Shown here: in pieces, positions 1-9,177 of the stretch | Numbering within the stretch: position 1 is the first letter of the stretch | Layout of the letters: every line of letters starts with the position of its first letter | DNA from: Synergistaceae bacterium | GTDB lineage: Bacteria > Synergistota > Synergistia > Synergistales > Aminobacteriaceae | Direction: 5' to 3' | DNA length: 64,000 nt | NCBI GenBank assembly: GCA_018436785.1 | Contig: JAHDKR010000021.1 | Span: 22,835-86,834, forward strand | Made by a program: the position numbers and the translations under genes | Notes under the pieces: model-generated | Database searches by the model: none | Told to the model about the DNA's origin: nothing | What the model saw: only the letters and a program-made list of their open reading frames with translations

Positions 1-887
1 TCTCCCTAAAGCAGGAAAATCTTGGTTTTGCCTACATCGCGGAGATTCCTATCGTTGTCGTTGACGTTATGAGAGGCGGTCCTTCAACCGGTTTGCCAAC
101 AAGAACAGCCCAGCAGGATGTCATGCAGGCTCGCTGGGGAACACACGGCGATCATGGCACAATCTGTTATGCCCCCTCATCCGTGCAGGAGTGCTACGAG
201 ATCGCGATCAAGGCCTTCAACGCCGCGGAGAGATACCGTCAGCCGGTTCTGATCTTGAGCGATGAGATTATTGGGCACATGAGGGAGAAAGTTGTTCCTC
301 CCACTATCAAACCTGAGGACCTTGTGGAGAGAAAACGCCCCACCGATATTCCTGAAAAATTCGTTCCCTACCGTCCTGACCCTAAGGACGATCTTCCTTG
401 TATGGCTTCCTTCGGCGACGGCTATACATGGCATATCACCGGCCTGACCCATAACGACTGGGGATTCCCCACGAATAACTCCGATGAAATTGAAAAAATG
501 ATGAAGCGACTGATGCGGAAGATAGACCGTTTCCGCGACGATATCGTCGAGTACGAAACAGTTCTGACGGATGATGCGGACGTCCTTGTCCTCGCCTACG
601 GCAGTGTCGCACGAACAAGCCTGAGGGCGGTTCATGAAGCAAGAACTCGGGGCATCAAAGCGGGATTCTTCCGTCCTATTACCCTTTGGCCTTTCCCCGA
701 TAAGGAACTGGAAAAGCTCGCCCGCAAGGTGAAGACTATTATTGTTCCCGAGTTGAATTGCGGCCAGATGGTGCTCGAAGTCGAACGCGCCGTTCACGGT
801 AAAGCGAAAGTCGTGGCACAGAACCTTGTAAACGGCGAGCTGTTCAAACCCGAAGATATTCTCTCCGTCATCGAGGAGGTGGCCTAA
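1..887 (+). CDS. korA: 2-oxoacid:ferredoxin oxidoreductase alpha subunit (C-terminal ~295 aa; 5' end outside window)
   Basis: Frame is open from base 3 (SLKQENLGFAYIAEIPIVVVDVMRGGPSTGLPT...), so the ATG at 69 is internal. GGPSTG motif and KorA/PorA-like sequence. Followed by beta and gamma subunits. Substrate (2-oxoglutarate vs other 2-oxoacids) is not assignable from sequence. Confidence 0.85.
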   Translation, partial: SLKQENLGFAYIAEIPIVVVDVMRGGPSTGLPTRTAQQDVMQARWGTHGDHGTICYAPSSVQECYEIAIKAFNAAERYRQPVLILSDEIIGHMREKVVPPTIKPEDLVERKRPTDIPEKFVPYRPDPKDDLPCMASFGDGYTWHITGLTHNDWGFPTNNSDEIEKMMKRLMRKIDRFRDDIVEYETVLTDDADVLVLAYGSVARTSLRAVHEARTRGIKAGFFRPITLWPFPDKELEKLARKVKTIIVPELNCGQMVLEVERAVHGKAKVVAQNLVNGELFKPEDILSVIEEVA

Positions 888-888
888 T

Positions 889-1719
889 ATGCCTAGTCAG
901 GAAGTATTCAACTGGCTCCGCACGCGCTTTTTCCCTCATATTTGGTGCCCCGGCTGCGGACACGGTATCATTATGCACTCTCTTTTAAGGGCGCTGGTCG
1001 ACCTTAAGAAAAAGAAAACGGAAACGGTCATTGCGTCCGGAATAGGGTGTTCGAGCAGAATGGTCGGCTACATTGACGCATGCACCGTACACACCACGCA
1101 CGGCCGCTCCCTCGCTTTCGCAACTGGGATCAAACTCGCAAATCCGGAGCTCACAGTTGTTGATGTTATGGGAGACGGCGACTGCACCGCTATTGGCGGT
1201 AACCACTTCATCCATGCGTGCAGGAGAAATATCGACATAACCGCCATCGTTATGAACAATAACATCTACGGTATGACTGGCGGTCAGGTTTCGCCGACCA
1301 CGCCCGTCGGAAGTTTAGCTACGACGAGCCCCTACGGCGCAATTGATCCTTCCTTTGACATTTGCAAACTCGCCGAGGGCGCCGGAGCATCATACGTTGC
1401 AAGAACCACCATTGCCAACCCGAAACAAGCAGAGCAGTTTATTAAGGCAGGCATAAACAATAAGGGATTTTCTGTCGTCGAAATCCTGACGCACTGCCAT
1501 ACTCAATTCGGCAGAAGAAACAAGCGGAGAACACCTATTGATAACGTGAATTTCTTCAAGGCCAATTCTGTGCCTTTGAATAAGGCACAGGAGATGTCTC
1601 CCGAGGAGCTCGCCGAAAAAATCGTCGTCGGCGAATTCGTCAAACGAGAGATTCCGGAGTACACGGCGCAGTATCTCTCCATAATCGAAAGAGTAGGGGG
1701 GCTGAAAAATGGCAAGTAG
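889..1719 (+). CDS. korB: 2-oxoacid:ferredoxin oxidoreductase beta subunit (TPP-binding)
   Basis: 276-aa ORF starting 2 nt after the korA stop. WCPGCGHG cysteine motif and GDGD thiamine-diphosphate motif typical of OFOR beta subunits. Confidence 0.9.
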   Translation: MPSQEVFNWLRTRFFPHIWCPGCGHGIIMHSLLRALVDLKKKKTETVIASGIGCSSRMVGYIDACTVHTTHGRSLAFATGIKLANPELTVVDVMGDGDCTAIGGNHFIHACRRNIDITAIVMNNNIYGMTGGQVSPTTPVGSLATTSPYGAIDPSFDICKLAEGAGASYVARTTIANPKQAEQFIKAGINNKGFSVVEILTHCHTQFGRRNKRRTPIDNVNFFKANSVPLNKAQEMSPEELAEKIVVGEFVKREIPEYTAQYLSIIERVGGLKNGK

Positions 1720-2272
1720 GTACGAAATCCGTTTCGCCGGTTCCGGCGGACAGGGCGTCATTCTCGCAGCCGTCGTCGCAGGAGAAGCCGCAGCTCTTTT
1801 CGAGGAGGGGTTGAGCGTTGTCCAGACGCAGTCGTACGGTCCGGAGGCCAGGGGAGGCAAGTCGAAAGCGGAAGTAGTCATCTCCACAGAACCGATTGAC
1901 TACCCGAAAACAATGAAGCCCAACCTTCAAGTTATTCTCACGCAGCAGGCAGCAGAGGAGTACGCAGCGGAAACACTCCCCGGCGGGCGTATTATTTATG
2001 ATGATTTTTTCGTCACCAGCTTCCCGCAGGTGGATGCGAATATTTACTATCTTCCCATTGTCAGGACTGCGCGTGAGAAGATAGGCAAAGAAATAGTTAC
2101 GAACATGGTAGCTTTGGGAGCAGTGGCCCGCGTCCTTGAGCTCGAAAAAATAGTGCGACCGGAGTCCCTAAAGAAAGCGATTCTTGCGAAGGTTCCCGAA
2201 GGAACAAAACAACTCAACGCCCAGGCTTTTGACGAGGGGTATCTCCTGTTCAAAAACAGCGTGCACCTTTAA
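1709..2272 (+). CDS. korC: 2-oxoacid:ferredoxin oxidoreductase gamma subunit
   Basis: 187-aa ORF overlapping korB by 11 nt. N-terminal IRFAGSGGQGVILAA signature of OFOR gamma subunits. Confidence 0.88.
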   Translation: MASRYEIRFAGSGGQGVILAAVVAGEAAALFEEGLSVVQTQSYGPEARGGKSKAEVVISTEPIDYPKTMKPNLQVILTQQAAEEYAAETLPGGRIIYDDFFVTSFPQVDANIYYLPIVRTAREKIGKEIVTNMVALGAVARVLELEKIVRPESLKKAILAKVPEGTKQLNAQAFDEGYLLFKNSVHL

Positions 2273-2291
2273 AAAACACTTTCTCCATAAT

Positions 2292-2330
2292 GAACGCCCT
2301 TCTTTTCGTAAGGAGGGCGTTCAATTTTTG
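2292..2330 (+). terminator. Rho-independent terminator after korC
   Basis: Perfect 9-bp stem GAACGCCCT (2292-2300) / AGGGCGTTC (2314-2322) followed by AATTTTT, 20 nt after the korC stop. Confidence 0.75.
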
Positions 2331-2426
2331 AGCCTTTCTCCACACCAAATACAACGTAATAGCGAGGAATACGCCCAACGAAACTTGGAAGCCTTTTTCT
2401 GCTCTGAACCTTTCCCTCACTCGAAA

Positions 2427-2455
2427 GACTTTTTCCGCTCTCTTCCGTGTATAAT
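2427..2455 (+). promoter_or_regulatory. Possible promoter for rlmD
   Basis: Perfect TATAAT at 2450-2455, about 27 nt upstream of the rlmD start. The -35 region is poor (GACTTT). Confidence 0.25.
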
Positions 2456-2481
2456 GTGGTCTGTGCGCAAAAAAAGAGGAG

Positions 2482-3858
2482 ATGATCCGAGTGTACGAGA
2501 AAGGCGCTTCCGTCCTTCTAAGGACTGAAAAGATAAGCAGCGACGGGAGCGGAATTGCGCGCACTCCGGAAGGTTTTGTTATTTTCATCCCGGGGGCGCT
2601 CCCTGGAGAAACGCTAAAAGCTACAGTCATGCTTCGAAAAAAAGAGTATGCGATTGCCTTCCCTGATGAACTGCTTGAACCGCACCCTCTTCGCCGGCAG
2701 CCCTTCTGCCCGGTTTTCAATTCTTGCGGAGGATGCCAGTTACAGCATGCCTCGTACGCTCTTCAGCTGGAACTGAAACGTGCTATTGTCCAAGATGCTT
2801 TTGAACGTATCTATAAAAGACCGTTTCCCCCCGTTACCTCATGTAATCCGAGTCCAGAGCAGATAAGGTACAGAAACAAGACTTCCCTTCCGGTACGGAA
2901 CCGAGAAGGAAAAACTGTTATGGGGTATTTTGCAAGAAGAAGTCACGACGTAGTACCGATAAAAAGTTGTCCCGTTGCCGCGCACTCTATTGACAGGGCC
3001 TTTTCAGCGGTGGCCGAAAGTCTGCCGGTTCTCGGTCTCGTTCCATATAACGAGAAAAACGGAAAAGGCATGCTTCGCCATGCAATTTTCCGTCAGAGTA
3101 TCGAAAACAACGACACCCTTGTTTCCTTCGTCCTTGCCGATACACTCTCTTCCCGCAAGAAAGCAATTTTCGAAGAACGCCTGCTCCCGGCGCTTCAGGA
3201 AACGCTTCCCAACTTACGCAGCCTGACTCTGAACATCAACTCGGCACGGAACAATGTAATCGTCGGCCCGAAAACAGAGGTGCTCTTCGGAGACGGCCTT
3301 ATAGAAGAAACCCTCGCCTCTTTTCGATTTGAGTACGATACAACGGCATTCTTCCAAGTCAACTCGCGTCAGGCATGCATCCTGTATGAATTCGTTGTGG
3401 ATCTAGCCGGCCTCACCGGCACTGAACGAGTTCTCGAACTCTTTAGCGGTATAGGTACTTTAACTTCTTTTCTCGCCGCCAGAAGTCTTCATGTAACAGC
3501 GGTGGAGGAGTGGGACTCTTCGGTACGAATGATGCGGAGCAACCTCTCCCGCAATGGAGTAGGCGAAAAAACCGCGATTATTGCAGGAGCAGTGGAGAAA
3601 GTAGCGCCTTCTCTCGAAGGTACTTTCGATGTGATTGTCCTTGATCCTCCGCGCACAGGCTGTGACGCTTCGGTGCTGCACAAGGTCCTTTCGTTGAATC
3701 CACGCCGGATTATCTATGTTTCGTGTAATCCGGCAACCCTGGCAAGGGATGCCGGTATTCTCACTGATCAAGGTTTCGTCCTTGATACCCTCGCATGTTT
3801 CGATTTATTTCCTCAGACCGTTCACGTCGAAACCGTGGCGCGATTCTTTCGTATCTAA
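2482..3858 (+). CDS. rlmD: 23S rRNA (uracil-C5)-methyltransferase, RlmD/RumA family (TRAM + 4Fe-4S + SAM MTase)
   Basis: 458-aa ORF with an N-terminal TRAM-like domain, a CPVFNSCGGCQLQH cluster plus a downstream Cys, and a C-terminal class I MTase (VLDPPRTG, YVSCNPATLARD). The GAGGAG SD abuts the ATG at 2482, so GTG at 2491 is an equally plausible start. Confidence 0.85.
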   Translation: MIRVYEKGASVLLRTEKISSDGSGIARTPEGFVIFIPGALPGETLKATVMLRKKEYAIAFPDELLEPHPLRRQPFCPVFNSCGGCQLQHASYALQLELKRAIVQDAFERIYKRPFPPVTSCNPSPEQIRYRNKTSLPVRNREGKTVMGYFARRSHDVVPIKSCPVAAHSIDRAFSAVAESLPVLGLVPYNEKNGKGMLRHAIFRQSIENNDTLVSFVLADTLSSRKKAIFEERLLPALQETLPNLRSLTLNINSARNNVIVGPKTEVLFGDGLIEETLASFRFEYDTTAFFQVNSRQACILYEFVVDLAGLTGTERVLELFSGIGTLTSFLAARSLHVTAVEEWDSSVRMMRSNLSRNGVGEKTAIIAGAVEKVAPSLEGTFDVIVLDPPRTGCDASVLHKVLSLNPRRIIYVSCNPATLARDAGILTDQGFVLDTLACFDLFPQTVHVETVARFFRI

Positions 3859-3996
3859 TCACCACGTGTTTTATCATTGGACAGAGGGAAAACGTTACCC
3901 GGGCAACGCAGTTATTTCTAAGAACGCATACTACTGAGAATATCCTCTCCAGTCTGTGTTTCAACAAATGAAATCAGGTGTGTCAGGAAAAAGATG

Positions 3997-4025
3997 TTGC
4001 CAAAACAGGATACGACGGATATAAT
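3997..4025 (+). promoter_or_regulatory. Sigma-70-type promoter for tRNA-Gly
   Basis: TTGCCA (3997-4002), 17-nt spacer, TATAAT (4020-4025). The tRNA starts 23 nt downstream of the -10. Confidence 0.65.
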
Positions 4026-4047
4026 ACCATCGTTCAAGCAAAAGAGG

Positions 4048-4123
4048 GCGGACATAGCTCAGCTGGTAGAGCATTAGCTTCCCAAGCTAAGGGTCGCGGG
4101 TTCGAATCCCGTTGTCCGCTCCA
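4048..4123 (+). tRNA. tRNA-Gly (anticodon CCC), CCA encoded
   Basis: Hand-folded cloverleaf. Acceptor GCGGACA/TGTCCGC, D stem GCTC/GAGC, anticodon stem TTAGC/GCTAA with loop TTCCCAA. Also 5-nt variable loop, T arm GCGGG-TTCGAAT-CCCGT, discriminator U, 3' CCA; 76 nt in total. Confidence 0.93.
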
Positions 4124-4232
4124 ATTCTTTTCCCAAATCCCCTGATACTGACTTTTCTCCTGAAAGAAAATATTCTTTAAGACTCTTGCCTTGTTTCGTT
4201 TTGTTGATTATGATCTGGACATATTGTTACGT

Positions 4233-4261
4233 TTGACACAAATTTTGTCTGGTAATAAAAT
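4233..4261 (+). promoter_or_regulatory. Candidate promoter of the V-type ATPase operon
   Basis: TTGACA (4233-4238), 17-nt spacer, TAAAAT (4256-4261), about 75 nt upstream of the first V-ATPase gene. Confidence 0.5.
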
Positions 4262-4335
4262 AGTCACTGTTTTTATGTTGACCGTGTGCACAGCGTGTGC
4301 ACTCGCGTTCAATCCAAGGAAGGAGGTGGGTTTAT

Positions 4336-4668
4336 ATGGCAGCAAATCTGGCTGAAGAAATCAAGGAAGTCGAAGCTCGTTCAAAAGACATTGTGAAGGA
4401 TGCAAAGAACGGGGCTGCTCAAATGATCAACGAAGCTCAGAACGAAGTTGAGCGCCGGACCAAGGAGGCAAAACAGAAAGCATTCAGGCTTTTCAAAGAG
4501 AATACAGCCTCTGTGGAAAGAGAAGCGGAAGAAAAAGCAAAACAGTCTGTTGAGGCCGGCCAAAAGAAGTCCGAGCAACTTGCCAAGCAGTACGGACAGA
4601 AGGTAAATAGCGCGGCACAATGGATTTCGGAAGAGGTGATTTCTCGATATGGCAGTAGCGAGAATTAA
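4336..4668 (+). CDS. ntpF: V-type ATPase peripheral-stalk subunit G/H (NtpF-like)
   Basis: Lys/Glu/Ala-rich coiled-coil protein of 110 aa. AGGAGGTG SD lies 8 nt before the ATG at 4336, so the ORF-track start at 4297 is probably too long. First gene of the ntpFIKECGABD-type order. Confidence 0.75.
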   Translation: MAANLAEEIKEVEARSKDIVKDAKNGAAQMINEAQNEVERRTKEAKQKAFRLFKENTASVEREAEEKAKQSVEAGQKKSEQLAKQYGQKVNSAAQWISEEVISRYGSSEN

Positions 4669-6661
4669 AAAAGCCGAGTTATACGTTCACAAAGCCGATT
4701 TGGACAATGTCCTGCACGCTCTTCAGAAGACAGGATCCTTTGAAGTTGTCCCTTTCGGGTCGGAATCAGTGTCAGAAAGTACCGCGCCTGTTCACACTGA
4801 CTTATCACGGGTGGAGGGACTCCTCAGCGAAGCGCGTTTTCTCCTTCGATTCCTTGAGCCTTATTTCAAGGACAACGTTTCTTCCTTGGCTAGAACCATG
4901 GGAGAACGAGAAACAATCTCGTTGCACGATGGAAAAACTCTTGAAGACAGAACAGATCTCATGAGCCTATCTGCGAGTGTGCGATCGCTTGAACGCCGCC
5001 TTATGGAAATTCGCTCTGAACTCACACAGATCGCATCGACGGAGACGCTTCTGAACGCGCTCTCCGACTTCCCTTATCCGTTTGAACTTCTCACCTCCGG
5101 AACCGAACGCGTGCGCGGCATTCTGGGAACGATGCCTGTTTCGAAAATTCCGGCTTGGAGAGAAGAAACTGAGGCGCTTCTTTTATCTATGGGTGAGGTT
5201 TTTACCTCAACTCAGGGAGAAAAGGATACGGAAGGGTGGATTGCTGTCTTTTTCGACGAACAAAAGACGGCGCAAATCACAGATCTTCTTGCTCGCAACT
5301 CATTTAGCAGAGTGGACGTACCTCTTTCTCTCAAAAAAACACCAGAGGAGGAACGACTCGCTCTCTCGGACAGAAAGGTCGCCTTGGCATCTGAAGAAGA
5401 ACGCGTTCTTGCAGAGATTGCCGGCGCGGCGGAACAGTGGGTTCCCTCAGTGCGTATTTTGAGTGATTACTGGACTGTCTTGCGTGACAGGTACCAAGCA
5501 ATTTCTTCCGGTTCTTCCACAGAACAGGTAATCATGCTTCGCGGCTGGATTCCCGCATCTGCCGTTCAGAGACTCACGAAGGCAATTACCCCCTTCGGTT
5601 TATCTGTAGAACTCTTTCTGTTTGATCCGAAACCTGAAGACTCACCGCCCTCACACATAGTCAACTCGGCATGGTGTTTCCCGTTTGAAAACCTGACGAG
5701 ACTCTACGGCGCGCCTAAGTACGGAGAAATTGACCCCACACCGCTGCTAGCACCGTTCTTTTTCATCTTCTTCGGTATGTGTCTTGGCGATGCCGGTTAC
5801 GGAGCTATCATGATAGGATTCTTCTTGTGGTTTCTCAGAAAGTATAAGAAAATGCCCGAGAGTTTTAAGGGGTTCTTCAAACTCTTCGTTCTTTCCGGTG
5901 TTTCCACAATCGTGGTTGGGGCGCTTACCGGAAGCTGGTTCGGAGATCTTGTAGACGCTTTTTCCATTTTTGCCTTCCTGCGTCCGCTAAAGAACTTTAT
6001 GCTCGTCCTTAACCCCATGGAGAATCCCATGATTTTCCTTGCAATTTCACTCGCACTTGGCATTCTCCAGCTTTTCTTCGGACTCTTTATTGCATTCTAC
6101 GATGCTCTGCGGAAAGGGAACTATATGGGGGCCTTTGCGGACACGGGCGGTTGGATTGTCTTTCTTACGGGACTGCTTCTTTGGGGAGGAGTAGCAAGCG
6201 GTTTTATCTCCGCTCAGACATCTTTCCTTGCGAAAACGCTTACGTTCCTTGGAGCTGCGGTGCTCATCGCAACACAAGGGAGAGAAAAAGAAGGCATTAT
6301 CGGAAAAGCGGTTTCCGGATTGCTGAGTCTGTACAGCGTCACATCGTATCTTGGCGACGTATTGAGCTACAGCCGTCTGCTTGCACTAGGGCTTGCAACT
6401 TCTGCGGTAGGCGTAATTATCAACATGCTCGCCGGTCTTGCGGGGGACGTGCCCTATATTGGCTGGATCATCGCACTCCTTCTTCTCATAGGAGGGCACA
6501 TTTTCAGTATAGCTGTCAACGTACTGGGCGCTTTTGTTCACTCTCTGCGTCTCCAGTATGTCGAGTTTTTTAGCAAATTCTATACAGGAGGGGGAACAGT
6601 CTTTTCTCCTCTGACGTATAAGACAGCATTTGTCGCAATAAAAAATGAACCCGAAGAATAA
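4649..6661 (+). CDS. ntpI: V-type ATPase subunit I (membrane a-subunit)
   Basis: 670 aa with a soluble N-terminal half and a polytopic C-terminal half (multiple hydrophobic helices, conserved LRLQYVEFF region). Overlaps the preceding gene by 20 nt. Confidence 0.9.
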   Translation: MAVARIKKAELYVHKADLDNVLHALQKTGSFEVVPFGSESVSESTAPVHTDLSRVEGLLSEARFLLRFLEPYFKDNVSSLARTMGERETISLHDGKTLEDRTDLMSLSASVRSLERRLMEIRSELTQIASTETLLNALSDFPYPFELLTSGTERVRGILGTMPVSKIPAWREETEALLLSMGEVFTSTQGEKDTEGWIAVFFDEQKTAQITDLLARNSFSRVDVPLSLKKTPEEERLALSDRKVALASEEERVLAEIAGAAEQWVPSVRILSDYWTVLRDRYQAISSGSSTEQVIMLRGWIPASAVQRLTKAITPFGLSVELFLFDPKPEDSPPSHIVNSAWCFPFENLTRLYGAPKYGEIDPTPLLAPFFFIFFGMCLGDAGYGAIMIGFFLWFLRKYKKMPESFKGFFKLFVLSGVSTIVVGALTGSWFGDLVDAFSIFAFLRPLKNFMLVLNPMENPMIFLAISLALGILQLFFGLFIAFYDALRKGNYMGAFADTGGWIVFLTGLLLWGGVASGFISAQTSFLAKTLTFLGAAVLIATQGREKEGIIGKAVSGLLSLYSVTSYLGDVLSYSRLLALGLATSAVGVIINMLAGLAGDVPYIGWIIALLLLIGGHIFSIAVNVLGAFVHSLRLQYVEFFSKFYTGGGTVFSPLTYKTAFVAIKNEPEE

Positions 6662-7186
<525 letters not shown>

Positions 7187-7207
7187 ATTGTCAAGGAGGA
7201 ATGCTGA

Positions 7208-7789
7208 ATGTCCTTGGCAGATATAAAGAAAAAAATAGAAAATGACGCGCGTGATGAGGCGGGAAGAATTCTGGAAAAAGCCAGAGAAAACGTCGAGGCG
7301 ATTAAGAAAAACGCTGCTGACGAGATTAAAAAAATGGAGAACGGCTATAGCGACCGTTTTAAAAAAGAACAGCCAGAGATTCTCAGAAGACGAGAGATCG
7401 TCGCCGGTCTTGATGTGAAAAAAATCGAACTTGGAGTCAGGCAGCAGGCTATAACGGATGCTTTTCAAGCAGCACTGAAGACGCTCGCGTCCATGCCTGG
7501 AGAAGCATATATTTCTTTTATCGGCAAGCTGTTCAAAAAAGCAGTGGAGACGGGAAATGAAAAAGTGTATATTTCGAAGTCCGAAAAAAACATCTCTTCC
7601 GAGTGGATTTCGAAGCTCAATGCCCAGAATGGATGGTCGCTTTCTCTGAGTGAGGAACGCCGGGATATATCGGGTGGATTCATACTGGAACAGGACAATA
7701 TCGAGACAAACTGTTCGTTTGATATGCTTGTCCGGTGGATTCGGGACGAAATCGAGGCAGACGTTGTCAAGCGGCTGTTTTCGGCGTGA
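7208..7789 (+). CDS. ntpE: V-type ATPase subunit E
   Basis: 193 aa with a charged N-terminal helix (IENDARDEAGRILEKARENVEAIKK) and a globular C-terminus. Position in the operon fits. Confidence 0.85.
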   Translation: MSLADIKKKIENDARDEAGRILEKARENVEAIKKNAADEIKKMENGYSDRFKKEQPEILRRREIVAGLDVKKIELGVRQQAITDAFQAALKTLASMPGEAYISFIGKLFKKAVETGNEKVYISKSEKNISSEWISKLNAQNGWSLSLSEERRDISGGFILEQDNIETNCSFDMLVRWIRDEIEADVVKRLFSA

Positions 7790-7805
7790 TCGGAGGTGAC
7801 GCTCC

Positions 7806-8819
7806 TTGGCTCCGGCTGAGCGTTATGCCTATGCGGTCGCGCGACTCCGGGCAATGTCCGGACGTCTTCTAGAAGAAGCGTTGATCCAACGGATACTGGA
7901 CAGTGAAGACCTCGATTCAGCACTGAAAGTTCTGGGCGAGACGACATACTCATCTTGGCTCGTTGAATTGAAAGGCGGAGCTGACTTCGACAGAGTAATC
8001 GAATCCGAGCTTTTGCATGTGTATACCGAAGTGCAGAAATTCGTGCCCGATCCTCGTCTTGTGCATCTGTGCCGTATTCCTTATGACTTTCATAATGTGA
8101 AAGTACTTTTAAAAAGTTTGATTCTTGCACGGGAAGGCGGAGAGCGCCGGTTTGATCTTTTAACTTCTCTTGGCGTTCTCCCCACGGATGATTTGATTAT
8201 GGCAATGGAGAGCGAAGACTACCGTCTTCTCCCCTTTGGCCTTCATCGTCTTGTTCCGTTATGCCTTTCGCATTGGGAACAGACGAAAGATATTCTTCAA
8301 GTCGAGAACATTCTTGACGACGGTCTTTTCTCTGTCTTATCCGAAATGGCGGCAGCGACAGGTTTTGACTCCGCTACTCGTTGGGTAAAGGGCAGGATCG
8401 ACGCTGAGAATATTCGTAACCTTCTTCGGTTAAAGCGTATGGAAATGGACACGGGGAATATTGCATCATTTCTGCATGGTGGCGGCTGGATATCGCGAGA
8501 GAAACTCCTCGCTCTGCTTCCTGAACCCGTGGAAAGCTGGCCGAGAATTCTTTCTTTCGCGGACGTGGCAAGCGCTTTCTCACATATCCAGGACCTTTCC
8601 GACCTTGGCGTCCTCTTGGTGGAGATGGAAAAAGTTCTTGACGAGTATGTGTCAAGCATTCTCGCAAGAGCAAAATACGATGCGTTCTCGCCGGAAAATG
8701 TGATCGCCTTCCTTTGGATGAAGGAGCTTGAGGCTAAGAATCTCCGTATTGCGATGGTCTCTGTAGCGAATAATACGGACAGAAATCTTGCGAGGGGGTT
8801 ACTTCGTCATGGCCGTTAA
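7806..8819 (+). CDS. ntpC: V-type ATPase subunit C (eukaryotic d homologue)
   Basis: 337 aa. TTG start 9 nt after a GGAGG SD. The YAYAVARLRAM N-terminus is typical of subunit C. Operon position fits. Confidence 0.85.
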   Translation: MAPAERYAYAVARLRAMSGRLLEEALIQRILDSEDLDSALKVLGETTYSSWLVELKGGADFDRVIESELLHVYTEVQKFVPDPRLVHLCRIPYDFHNVKVLLKSLILAREGGERRFDLLTSLGVLPTDDLIMAMESEDYRLLPFGLHRLVPLCLSHWEQTKDILQVENILDDGLFSVLSEMAAATGFDSATRWVKGRIDAENIRNLLRLKRMEMDTGNIASFLHGGGWISREKLLALLPEPVESWPRILSFADVASAFSHIQDLSDLGVLLVEMEKVLDEYVSSILARAKYDAFSPENVIAFLWMKELEAKNLRIAMVSVANNTDRNLARGLLRHGR

Positions 8820-9150
8820 GAAAACAGGTTCTCCAATGGCCGCTGTCGGCGAGTACGAAACAGTCCTTCCTTTTCAAGCGGTCGGAGTGAAGCCGTGCAT
8901 TGTCAAGGATGATGAAACCTCGGACGTCGGTGCAATTCTTCTTGAGCTTGCAAAAGCAGGTTTTGCGGTCGTCTTCGTCCAAGAGTCTTTCTTCGTCGGG
9001 CACACCCGTAGGATCGAAGAACTGAACGACGAGTACGAAACAAGTTTCATCCCCATCCCCGGGCTAAAAGGGAGCGAGGGAGTCGGTTTGGAATCCATTC
9101 GAAGCAGCGTCGAGCGAGCAGTCGGAATGGATATTTTTGCAGTGAAGTAA
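8809..9150 (+). CDS. ntpG: V-type ATPase subunit F (NtpG-like)
   Basis: About 113 aa; the ...AAVGEYETVLPFQAVGV... region is typical of subunit F. ATG at 8809 is preceded by GAGGGGG. ATG at 8836 is an alternative start. Confidence 0.8.
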   Translation: MAVKKTGSPMAAVGEYETVLPFQAVGVKPCIVKDDETSDVGAILLELAKAGFAVVFVQESFFVGHTRRIEELNDEYETSFIPIPGLKGSEGVGLESIRSSVERAVGMDIFAVK

Positions 9151-9177
9151 TGAATAGAAGTTTGGAGGCGATAGATT

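Noticed and set aside
2184-2720. ORFs of 114 aa (+) and 156 aa (-) spanning the korC-rlmD spacer
   Set aside because: They cross a clear terminator and overlap the ends of real genes. They have no SD and no motifs.
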